From the NCBI GenBank assembly GCA_025360225.1, contig JANYCN010000034.1, positions 34,063 to 98,062 of the forward strand: a DNA stretch of 64,000 bases. The letters run 5' to 3'. This DNA is from Actinomycetes bacterium (lineage in GTDB: Bacteria; Actinomycetota; Thermoleophilia; Gaiellales; F1-60-MAGs149). A model generated the notes under the pieces. The model was given only the letters and a program-made list of their open reading frames with translations, did not search any database and had not been told where the DNA came from. The stretch's first letter is position 1; each line of letters starts with the position of its first letter. Below, one piece after another: positions 17,796 to 26,242 of this stretch. The position numbers were made by a program, and so were the translations under genes.

Positions 17796-20548
17796 GGGTG
17801 CTGATGACGATGTTCGGCTGGGATGACGCCGGCGGCGGCACGACGATCCCGCGCGAGACGGCGTACGAGCTCGCCCGCCGCGGCCACGACGTGACCGTCT
17901 TCTACGCCGCCACCGAGCCGCTCGCCGGGGCCGGTCGCAACGCGATCCGTGAGCGGTCGGTGGGCGGCGTCCGGCTTGTCGGCGTGCACAACCGCCGCTC
18001 AGTGCTGCTCGACATCGGCCACCCGAGACGGGAGATCGAGGACCCGGAGATCACCGCTGCGTTCGGGTCGCTGCTCGACGAGGTGCGCCCTGACGAGGTG
18101 CTCTTCCACAACCTCCACAACCTCGGCGTCGCCCTCACCGGCGAGACCGCTGCGCGCGGGATCCGTGCGACGTTCACGCCGCACAACTTCTGGCTCCTCT
18201 GCTCACGCAACCACCTGTTGCGACCCGGACCCGCGCTCTGCGACGGGCCTGCTGATCGCGGCGCGGTCTGCGCGTCGTGCACCGGCAGCGGTGCGGTGAT
18301 CGACCACGAGGGCCGCACCAGCGAGCTCCGCGAGCAGGTCTCGCTGAACGTCGAGACGATCACCTGCGTCTCCGCCACCGTGCGCGACGTCCTCGAAGGC
18401 GCGGGCTTTCCCGCGGCGATGCTGGACGTCGCGCCGGTCGCGCCGCCGACGGCTGCGAGCATCTGGGAGGCCGTCGGCAGGGACCGTACCCCGTCGCGGT
18501 CGACGCCCCTGCGGGTGGGGTTCATCGGCTCGTTGCAATCGTTCAAGGGCGCCGCCGTCCTCGCCGCCGCGGCGTCGCTCGCCCGGGCGGAGGTTCTCGT
18601 CGATATCCACGGCGCCGGCGACGAGGAGGCGAGAAGGGCGATCCTTCGCGAGGGCGAGGGGCGCGTGCGGCTCGCCGGCGCCTACAGGACCGCAGACCTG
18701 CCGCAGATCCTCGCGAGCATCGACGTGGCCGTCGTCCCCTCGCTGGTCTGGGAGACCGCTGGCCTGACCGTGCTCGAGTGCCTTGCTGCGCGCGTGCCGG
18801 TGATCGTGCCGCGGCTCGGTGGTCTCGTCGAGTCGATCACGGACGGCGTCAACGGCCTCGTCTGCGAGGCATGGAGCGCTCCCGCGATCGCGGCGGCGCT
18901 CGACCGGCTCGCGGCCGAGCCAGGCCTCCTCGAACACCTGCAGGCGAGCATCGAGGCGCCGCGGACGTTCACGGCGTACGTTGACGACGTCGAGCGGCGT
19001 TGGCGGGATGGTGCGCCAGCGATCCGGACGCGGAACGAGCTGGCCGTTGCGTGGAAGGGCGATCAGCTGCGTCTCTCGAGCCTTGCGGCGGTGAACCGGG
19101 CGGTGTGTGACGGCCTCGAGCGGATCGCCGGGATCCGCCTCGCTCGGCGGGCCAACGACGACCCGACGGCACGTGCGCCGCTGCCACACCCAGCCCACGT
19201 CGAGGTACGACACCAGTGGCCGCCAGACTTCACTGCCGTCGGCGCCGGTCGTCTCGCCCTGATCCAGCCGTGGGAGTTCGGCTCGATCCCGCTCGGCTGG
19301 CGGGACGCCATCCGCGAGTCGGTCGACGAGGTGTGGGTGCCGAGCGAGCACGTGCGGCGCATGTACGTCGACGACGGCATCGACGCGGACCGTGTTCACG
19401 TGGTTGGAAACGGCGTCGACCTCACGCTCCTGACGCCCGAAGGCCCCCAGCATCCGCTGCTGCCGACTCGCGGCGTACGGTTCCTCTACGTCGGCGGCAC
19501 GATCTACCGCAAGGGCGTTGACGTCCTCGTTGAGGCGTTCAAGGAGGCGTTCGGTGGCGGCGACGCGGCGACCCTCGTCGTCAAGGACGTCGGCGCGGCG
19601 TCGTTCTACCAGGGGATGTCGGCCGGGGAGAACATCCGCCAGACGCCCGGGTTGCTGTACGTCGACGACGACCTGACGGACGAGCAGATGGCGGCGCTGT
19701 ACCGCAGCTGCGACGTCCTGGTGCACCCCTACCGCGGCGAGGGCTTCGCGATGCCGGTGCTCGAGGCGATGGCGTGTGGCCTGCCGGTGATCGTCAGCGC
19801 CGGCGGCCCGACGGACGAGTTCTGTCCCGCGGAGGCGTGCTGGCGGATCGTGACGACGCGCCGGGCGGTCCCGCAGGGACGGATCGGGATGGAGACGGTG
19901 CAGGAACCGTGGATGCTCGAGCCCGACGCCGACGATCTCGTCCGGCTGTTCCGCGCCGTTGCCGATGACCCGGCGGAGCGTGCGCGGCGCGGCGCTGCTG
20001 GTCGGGCGGCCGCGCTGGAGCATGGCTGGCAGGCGATCGCGGACCGCTATGCCGAGCGCCTTCACGCTCTCGCTCGGCGGCCGCCGCTCGTGCGCTCGCG
20101 GCCGGTCGAGCCGTTCCCGCTGCCGGGCGCCCGAGCGCGGAACGTGCTCGCCACCCCGGCCTGGCTGGGCGACGATCGCCTCCCCGAGCTCCTGCGCGCG
20201 TGGTCGGAGGCGTTCGACGTGAACGACGATGTCGCTCTGTTCCTGCTCGCCGACCCGCGCCGCGACGGCGACGCTGACCGCTGGGAGAGGCACGTGATGG
20301 CGGCAATCGACGAGGCGGGCGTCGATCCCGACCGGCTCGCCGACATCGCGGTGCTCGATCACCCGTGCCAGGGGGACGACGCCCGGCGCATCCACGACGC
20401 CTGCGACGCCTTCGTTCCCCTGCACGCCGCGTGCGCCGGACACGCACGGCTCGCACGCCTCGTCATCGAACCAGACGCACGTACGCTCAAGCTCGTGCCC
20501 GTACGCGCCGAAAACGATACCGATACCGTGGTGAAGGTGAGGATCTGA
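17792..20548 (+). CDS. Double GT4 glycosyltransferase plus a C-terminal half-Rossmann module (paralog 3)
   Basis: GTGA overlap at 17792-17795. The first GT4 has VLMTMFGWDDAGGGTTIPRETAYEL. The second GT-B domain has FLYVGGTIYRKGVDVLVEAF...HPYRGEGFAMPVLEAMACGLPVIVS. The tail is VLATPAWLGDDRLPELLRAWSEAFDVNDDVALFLLAD. Confidence 0.85.
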   Translation: MRVLMTMFGWDDAGGGTTIPRETAYELARRGHDVTVFYAATEPLAGAGRNAIRERSVGGVRLVGVHNRRSVLLDIGHPRREIEDPEITAAFGSLLDEVRPDEVLFHNLHNLGVALTGETAARGIRATFTPHNFWLLCSRNHLLRPGPALCDGPADRGAVCASCTGSGAVIDHEGRTSELREQVSLNVETITCVSATVRDVLEGAGFPAAMLDVAPVAPPTAASIWEAVGRDRTPSRSTPLRVGFIGSLQSFKGAAVLAAAASLARAEVLVDIHGAGDEEARRAILREGEGRVRLAGAYRTADLPQILASIDVAVVPSLVWETAGLTVLECLAARVPVIVPRLGGLVESITDGVNGLVCEAWSAPAIAAALDRLAAEPGLLEHLQASIEAPRTFTAYVDDVERRWRDGAPAIRTRNELAVAWKGDQLRLSSLAAVNRAVCDGLERIAGIRLARRANDDPTARAPLPHPAHVEVRHQWPPDFTAVGAGRLALIQPWEFGSIPLGWRDAIRESVDEVWVPSEHVRRMYVDDGIDADRVHVVGNGVDLTLLTPEGPQHPLLPTRGVRFLYVGGTIYRKGVDVLVEAFKEAFGGGDAATLVVKDVGAASFYQGMSAGENIRQTPGLLYVDDDLTDEQMAALYRSCDVLVHPYRGEGFAMPVLEAMACGLPVIVSAGGPTDEFCPAEACWRIVTTRRAVPQGRIGMETVQEPWMLEPDADDLVRLFRAVADDPAERARRGAAGRAAALEHGWQAIADRYAERLHALARRPPLVRSRPVEPFPLPGARARNVLATPAWLGDDRLPELLRAWSEAFDVNDDVALFLLADPRRDGDADRWERHVMAAIDEAGVDPDRLADIAVLDHPCQGDDARRIHDACDAFVPLHAACAGHARLARLVIEPDARTLKLVPVRAENDTDTVVKVRI
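20486..20514 (+). promoter_or_regulatory. Sigma-28-like internal promoter (copy E) inside the 3' end of the preceding gene
   Basis: CTCAAG-N15-GCCGAAAA, ending 35 nt before the GTG at 20550. AAGGTGAGGA lies between and could act as a Shine-Dalgarno sequence. Confidence 0.5.
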
Positions 20549-20549
20549 C

Positions 20550-23066
20550 GTGGCGCTGAAGATCGTTCGGGCATCCCAGGACGAGCGCCTGCAGACGCCG
20601 CTGCGCGCCTGGTACGGCGGCCAGCACGACGAGGCCATCACCCTGCTCGCGTCGCCCGAGGGCGGCCGTTTCGCGGACGACGCGACGCAGGTCGTCGCGG
20701 CAGCGCTCGCCACCGAACCGGAGCGCGTCGCGGCGATCGGCACGGCCCTGACGCGCTGGACCGACGAGTCGGCCGCCTACCGGATCCTCCGCCGCAGCGC
20801 CGAGAGCCTGATCGACGAGACGGCCGCGATCTCGCCCGCGCGCTGGGCGCCCCGCGGGATGACGCTGCTTGCCCTGACACGTCCGTGGCTCGACGTCCAT
20901 CCAGCCGAGCCGGTCCTGCTCAACTACGTCGGTGTCACGCTGTACGGGTTGAACGAGCCGTCCCTCGCGCTCGGCCTCTTGCAGGCTGCGCAGGCGATCG
21001 ACCCGACGGTCGAGAACATCGCCGGCAACCTGGCCGCCGTTCGCCACCGGGTGCGACACCCTGTCGTCCTGCACCTCGGCCCGCGCGAGAGCGGACAGAT
21101 GAAGGCACAGCGCGCCTTCTTCAAGGCGCTCGGCGGGCGTGCCCGCGTAGCCGCCGACCCGGTTCGCCTGTCGCTCTGCATGATCGTCCGCGACGAGGAG
21201 GAGATGCTCCCCGAGTGCCTGGCGTCGTGCGCCGCAGGGGTTGACGAGATCGTCATCGTCGACACCGGATCGACCGATCGAACCGTCGAGATCGCCGAGT
21301 CGTTCGGCGCCACGGTGCTGCACTTCCCGTGGAACGGCTCATTCTCCGATGCCCGTAACCACGGCATCGCTGCGGCAACGGGCACCCACATCCTCTGGCT
21401 CGACGCCGACGAGCGGCTCGAGGACGGCGACGCGGAGAACCTGCACGCGGTCGCCGGCGAGCCGTACCGCGAGGCGCACTGGCTCGTCGAGACGAACTTC
21501 ACCGGTCAGGAGGAGGTCGGAACCGCGGCCACCCACCTCGCCCTGCGGATCTGGAAGAACCGGCCGCAGTACCGTTTCACCGGTGCGATCCACGAGCAGA
21601 TCCGCGTCTCGATGCCGACCGATCTGGGAGAGCGGTTCGCCGTCTCTAGCCTCCGCATCCGCCACTACGGGTACCTGAAGAGCCGGATCGACGAGCGCGA
21701 CAAGCACCAGCGCAACCTGACGCTGCTGCTGAAGGAGCTTTTGCAGAGCCCGAACAACGCCTTCACGCACTTCAACCTCGGCACCGAGTACCTCGGCACG
21801 CAGGACCTCGACCTGGCGTCGAAGCACCTCGAGGAGGCATACCGGCTGCTGCAGCGCGACGAGGGCTGGTACGAGTACGCGTACGCGTCGCTGCTGGCGA
21901 CGCGCCTCGTGGGCATACGCCGCGTCCGCGGCGACCTTGATGGTGCCGACGTGCTCGCCTCGCAGCTCTTGCAGGCCTACCCGGCGTTCACCGACCTCGT
22001 GTTCGAGCGTGGCTTGATCGCCCGTGAGCGGGACGACAGGCACGGTGCGATCGAGCACTTCGAGACGTGCCTTGAGATGGGCGACGCACCGGCGCGGTTT
22101 GCCGGGATGGTCGGTCGTGGCACGTTCCTCGCGCTCGCGGCGCTCGCGACGACCGCCCTCGAGATCGACGACCAGGACCGTGCGATCGGCTACCTCGAGC
22201 GGTCGCTGGACGAGCACCCGTCCTACCTCCCGGCAGGCCTCGACCTGACGGACGCGCTCCTCGTCGCTCCGGGCTGCGATCCGGCCGCCGTCCTCGCCCG
22301 CATGGAGGCAACGGGCAACGACGTCGCGACCTGGTGGCTGTTCCTCGGCACCGCGTTCTACGAGCGTGGCCACTCGCTGATCGCCGAGTCCCTGTTTCGT
22401 CGAGCGCTCGCGAAGGCGCCGACGAACCCGGCCGCGAGCATCGGCCTCGTCGAGACGCTGCTCACCCAGCACCGTTACGCCGAGGCAGCCGCCGGAGCAC
22501 CGGATCTGCCGGTCGGCACGCCGTTCTTCCTCGCCGTCGAGCGCGCGCGGATCCTCGCCCTCTCGCTCGCCAACGAGGCGACCGCCGCGACCGCCGCGGC
22601 CGAGCGGTTCGCCGCGGGCGGCGCCGACCCAGCGGAGGCGGCGTTCCTCGTCCACCTCGCACCGGCGATCGCTGGGATGGAGGACGGCGTCGCGCTGCCC
22701 GCTTCGTCGGCGCCATTCGCGCTTCGCATGCTCGACTCGCTCGCACGTCTCGAGGAGTACGACGCGTTCGGGCGGCTCGTCCCGCTCGTCACCGGCGCGA
22801 TCGGCAACGGTCGTGTGGCGGCGCTGTCGCTCGCCGAGCTGTACCTCGCGCGCGGCTTCTACCAGCTCGCGGGTGAGCAGGCGATCGCCGCGATCGAGAT
22901 CGGCGGGCCCGAGGCGCGCGCGCTCGCCGTCCTCGGCAAGGCGGCGGTTGCCGAAGGACTGTTCGACGACGCGTTGCCGGTGCTCGAGGCCTCGCTCGAG
23001 CTCGATCCGTCGCAGGTGCCGGTGCGCACCCTGCTCGACACGCTACGCACCCGCGTCGCGGCGTAA
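20550..23066 (+). CDS. TPR-GT2-TPR protein (FlmG-like architecture); candidate protein glycosyltransferase
   Basis: The central LSLCMIVRDEEEMLPECLASC...IVIVDTGSTDRT...LWLDADERLE is a GT2 domain. It is flanked by TPR-like helical repeats (FNLGTEYLGTQDLDLASKHLEEAY, GLDLTDAL...FLGTAFYERGH...). Confidence 0.8.
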   Translation: MALKIVRASQDERLQTPLRAWYGGQHDEAITLLASPEGGRFADDATQVVAAALATEPERVAAIGTALTRWTDESAAYRILRRSAESLIDETAAISPARWAPRGMTLLALTRPWLDVHPAEPVLLNYVGVTLYGLNEPSLALGLLQAAQAIDPTVENIAGNLAAVRHRVRHPVVLHLGPRESGQMKAQRAFFKALGGRARVAADPVRLSLCMIVRDEEEMLPECLASCAAGVDEIVIVDTGSTDRTVEIAESFGATVLHFPWNGSFSDARNHGIAAATGTHILWLDADERLEDGDAENLHAVAGEPYREAHWLVETNFTGQEEVGTAATHLALRIWKNRPQYRFTGAIHEQIRVSMPTDLGERFAVSSLRIRHYGYLKSRIDERDKHQRNLTLLLKELLQSPNNAFTHFNLGTEYLGTQDLDLASKHLEEAYRLLQRDEGWYEYAYASLLATRLVGIRRVRGDLDGADVLASQLLQAYPAFTDLVFERGLIARERDDRHGAIEHFETCLEMGDAPARFAGMVGRGTFLALAALATTALEIDDQDRAIGYLERSLDEHPSYLPAGLDLTDALLVAPGCDPAAVLARMEATGNDVATWWLFLGTAFYERGHSLIAESLFRRALAKAPTNPAASIGLVETLLTQHRYAEAAAGAPDLPVGTPFFLAVERARILALSLANEATAATAAAERFAAGGADPAEAAFLVHLAPAIAGMEDGVALPASSAPFALRMLDSLARLEEYDAFGRLVPLVTGAIGNGRVAALSLAELYLARGFYQLAGEQAIAAIEIGGPEARALAVLGKAAVAEGLFDDALPVLEASLELDPSQVPVRTLLDTLRTRVAA

Positions 23067-23188
23067 CCACGGTGTTTCCCCGAACGGGGGATCTTTCGAC
23101 ACGCTTGCGATCCGTCCAATATGATCTTGTGTAGCTGTGTCCCCGGCATGAGGCCAGGGTCCTGCGAGGTACCGCCAAGGAGGCCGCG

Positions 23189-23503
23189 GTGCAAGCACAG
23201 CGCGCGACAGATGTCAGCGAGTTCCCCGACCGCATCACGCCGATCGAGCGCGTGCACGCGGCAGCACAGGTGCACGCGGCGACGCAGGCCCATGCGGGGT
23301 TCTCCGTCGTCGTGGCGGACGCGACGCCGAGCCGGACGTTCGAGGTCCGCTACGGCCTCGATCCGATCGCCAACGTGTGGGTGGCGAGCTTCTTCGACGG
23401 CGCCACCGGCGAGCTCGTGAAGACGGTGCCCTCGACGAAGGTCATGCACCAGCTGGCAGAGCTGCGGGCGATCCACGAGCGCTCCGTCGATCACCACGCC
23501 TGA
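23189..23503 (+). CDS. flaG: FlaG-like flagellar protein
   Basis: GTG start preceded by AAGGAGG. The C-terminal FEVRYGLDPIANVWVASFFDGATGELVKTVPSTKVMHQLAEL resembles the FlaG family core. Length is 104 aa. Confidence 0.7.
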   Translation: MQAQRATDVSEFPDRITPIERVHAAAQVHAATQAHAGFSVVVADATPSRTFEVRYGLDPIANVWVASFFDGATGELVKTVPSTKVMHQLAELRAIHERSVDHHA

Positions 23504-23552
23504 CGACTCCGGATCCGCGGTTGACGTACGTCGCGAAAACGGCAAACTTCCC

Positions 23553-23581
23553 CTTCACCGATGGGGGTTGCACGCCGATAG
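23553..23581 (+). promoter_or_regulatory. Weaker sigma-28-like element (copy G) upstream of fliS
   Basis: CTTCAC-N15-GCCGATAG, ending 47 nt before the GTG at 23629. The -10 half and the spacing are good but the -35 half is poor. Confidence 0.35.
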
Positions 23582-23628
23582 ATGGAGAAGGCGATACCGC
23601 ATCGCACCCCATCGCGGTCGGAGGACAC

Positions 23629-24000
23629 GTGGCAACGGGCTACCAGGCGTACCAGACGAACGCGATCCAGACCGCTCCGCCAGAGCAGCTCGTCGTGATG
23701 CTCTACGACGGCTGTCTGCGGTTCCTTCGTCGCGCCGAGAGCGCCGCGAAGACCGGTACCCGGCCCCAGGTGACCGAGGCCGTCGCACGCGCGACGGCGA
23801 TCATCATGGAGCTCAACGCCACGCTCGACATGGAGCGTGGGGGAGAGATCGCGTCGAACCTGCGCTCGCTGTACTTCTTCCTGCACCGGCACCTGCTCGA
23901 GGCGTCCCGCGAGGGTTCGCCGGAGCAGATTCGCCAGGCGATCGGGCTGATCGGAGACCTGCGCGACGCCTTCGCGGAGGCGGCGAAGAAGGTCGCGTGA
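23629..24000 (+). CDS. fliS: Flagellar export chaperone FliS
   Basis: YQAYQTNAIQTAPPEQLVVMLYDGCLRFLRRA...ATAIIMELNATLDMERGGEIASNLRSLYFFLHRHLLEA is canonical FliS. The GTG at 23629 is preceded by GGAGGA. Confidence 0.9.
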   Translation: MATGYQAYQTNAIQTAPPEQLVVMLYDGCLRFLRRAESAAKTGTRPQVTEAVARATAIIMELNATLDMERGGEIASNLRSLYFFLHRHLLEASREGSPEQIRQAIGLIGDLRDAFAEAAKKVA

Positions 24001-24326
24001 TCGGCAGCGACGTCGAGAGGGTGCTGCGAACGGTCGTCGAGCTGACCGAGCTCGAGTCGGCGCTGATCGCCGAGCGCGACGCGGCGGCCCTGACGATGCT
24101 CGGCGATGAACGCGAGGCGCTCCTCCGTGAGCTTCCCGACGCCCTCCCCGAGCGCTGCGCACCCCTCGTCGAGCGCTTCAGGCGCGCTCGCGACGCGAAC
24201 CTGATCGCTGCCACGGCGGCGGCGGCGGCGATCCGCTCCCAGCTCGGCACGACCCACCAACGACGCAAGGCGATCGGCGGTTACGCCTCCGACGCCCGTG
24301 AGCGTCCGGAGCGCGGGGTCGCCTGA
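23997..24326 (+). CDS. Small helical protein, possibly an FlgN/FliT-like flagellar chaperone
   Basis: GTGA overlap with fliS and TGATG overlap with fliD. The sequence VVELTELESALIAERDAAALTMLGDEREALLREL is weakly FlgN-like. Length is 109 aa. Confidence 0.45.
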   Translation: MIGSDVERVLRTVVELTELESALIAERDAAALTMLGDEREALLRELPDALPERCAPLVERFRRARDANLIAATAAAAAIRSQLGTTHQRRKAIGGYASDARERPERGVA

Positions 24327-26188
24327 TGAGCACGACGCCGACGACCTCGACCTCGGGGAACTCGATCAACTTCACCGGGCTCGCGTCCGGCATCGACACC
24401 GCGTCGATCGTCACCGAGCTGATGCGGATCGAGCACCGGCCGGTCGACCTGATGACGATCGCGCAGACCGTCGAGCAGACCCGCAACCAGGCGCTCGCTG
24501 ACATCTCAACGAAGCTGAAGTCGCTGAAGACGGCAGCGGACTCGATCAGCGACCAGGCGTTCTGGACGGGAGCGGCGCACGGAACCTCCGGTGACGAGTC
24601 GTCGTTCACCGTCGCCGTCGCCGCGGGCGCGCCGAAGGCCACCTACCAGGTGCAGGTGAAGAACCTCGCCTCAGGTGACGTCTGGGCACAGCAGGCAACG
24701 GCGGGGACGCACACCTTCGGCGAGGTGTACGCCGGCGCTGGCGTCCTCGGTACGAGCACCTCGCTGCTCAGCTCGCTGACGACCGCGACCGGCACCTCGC
24801 TCGGCCTCGTCGCCGGCCAGACGGTGTCGCTCGGGGCATCCGTCGGCGGCTCGCCGCTGACCACGACGCCCTTCACGGTCACCGCGACCTCGACGCTCGA
24901 CGACCTCAAAGGCTGGGTGCAGACCCAGCTGCCAGGCGCGAGCGTCGGCATCGCGACGGGCGGGCGGATCCGCATCACGAGCGGTGTCGGCACCGACCAG
25001 GACGTCATCGGCGCACGGCTCAGCAGCTCCGGACCAGCCTCCGCCGTGTTCAACAGCCAGTTCAACGCGCCCGTTGCGAACACGCCGGCTCTCGGTCTCG
25101 GCAAGGTGAACGCCGACGACACGCTGCACGTCGGCGCGTCAGGCATGACCTTCGACGTGACCGTGCGCGCCGGCTGGACGATGGCGCAGGTCGCCCAGGC
25201 GATCAACGGCGCGAACGGCGGCGTCACGGCCGGCGTCACCGATGGCCGCCTGCGGATCTCCGCGAAAGACACCGGAACCATCGGCGGGGGCGTATCGATC
25301 TCCTCGAGCGGCTCGGCCGCGGGTGACCTCGCGCTCGTTCGCCAGTCGACGGCACGAGACGCGCTCGTGACGGTCGACGGCATCGACGTATCGAGCGCGA
25401 CGAACACCACGAGCTCGGTGATTCCCGGCGCGACGCTGACGCTGCTGAAGAGCATGACGACGAGCGCGACGGCGACGACCGACCCGAACTGGGTCGACTC
25501 CGCGGAGGCAACGAAACGCGCGCAGGGGTACGTCGACGCGTACAACGTGGTGCTCGACACCGTCAACGCCGCGGTCACCGAGCAGAAGGTGCCGAAGCCT
25601 GCAAACGCCGGTGACCGTCTGCGGGGCCTGCTGTTCAACGACGGGACGCTGACGACGATCCAGGACGGCCTGCGCAACGCGATGGCGAACGCCGTCGGCG
25701 GTCTCGCGCCGGGCAAGGGGCTCGGCACGAACATCGGCATCTCCACCGGCGCAGCGAACAGCGGCGGGGTGGCGAACAACAAGAGCGCGATCGACGGACG
25801 GCTGACGTTCGACGCGACGGCGTTCCAGGCGGCGTTCGCGAACGACCGGGAGTCGGTACGCAACGTCATCGGCCAGGTCGGCTCGACATCGCGCACCACC
25901 GGTCTCGCCGCCCGCGTCTCCGACCTCGTCGCGAACTACACCTCCTCGACGAGCTACATCGGCGTCAACGGCACCCTGCACACGCTGAACGGCGGCGGCA
26001 TCCTCGCGGCGGCGATCACGGGATCGGCCGCGAAGATCAAGGACTACGACCAGCGCATCGCCGACATGACCGACCGCCTGACGCTCCGCGAGGCGACGCT
26101 GAAGGCGCAGTTCACCGCGATGGAGACGGCGATCAGCCGGCTGAAGGCGGCGCAGGTCAGCTTCCCGACGACCACGACGGGCGGGTAG
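24326..26188 (+). CDS. fliD: Flagellar filament cap protein FliD (HAP2)
   Basis: INFTGLASGIDTASIVTELMRIEHRPVDLM...TKLKSLKTAADSI at the N-terminus, and C-terminal ...RLTLREATLKAQFTAMETAISRLKAAQ, are typical of FliD. Confidence 0.9.
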   Translation: MSTTPTTSTSGNSINFTGLASGIDTASIVTELMRIEHRPVDLMTIAQTVEQTRNQALADISTKLKSLKTAADSISDQAFWTGAAHGTSGDESSFTVAVAAGAPKATYQVQVKNLASGDVWAQQATAGTHTFGEVYAGAGVLGTSTSLLSSLTTATGTSLGLVAGQTVSLGASVGGSPLTTTPFTVTATSTLDDLKGWVQTQLPGASVGIATGGRIRITSGVGTDQDVIGARLSSSGPASAVFNSQFNAPVANTPALGLGKVNADDTLHVGASGMTFDVTVRAGWTMAQVAQAINGANGGVTAGVTDGRLRISAKDTGTIGGGVSISSSGSAAGDLALVRQSTARDALVTVDGIDVSSATNTTSSVIPGATLTLLKSMTTSATATTDPNWVDSAEATKRAQGYVDAYNVVLDTVNAAVTEQKVPKPANAGDRLRGLLFNDGTLTTIQDGLRNAMANAVGGLAPGKGLGTNIGISTGAANSGGVANNKSAIDGRLTFDATAFQAAFANDRESVRNVIGQVGSTSRTTGLAARVSDLVANYTSSTSYIGVNGTLHTLNGGGILAAAITGSAAKIKDYDQRIADMTDRLTLREATLKAQFTAMETAISRLKAAQVSFPTTTTGG

Positions 26189-26242
26189 GCGCTGCTCCCC
26201 TGCGACACGCGTGCCTGGCACCGGTGTCGCAGCTGGCCTACC
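26184..26242. terminator. GC-rich bidirectional hairpin between convergent fliD and the 925-aa gene
   Basis: There is a perfect 9-bp stem, CTGCGACAC (26200-26208) paired with GTGTCGCAG (26224-26232). An outer pair GGTAGGC/GCCTACC contains both stop codons. There is no U-tract. Confidence 0.5.
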
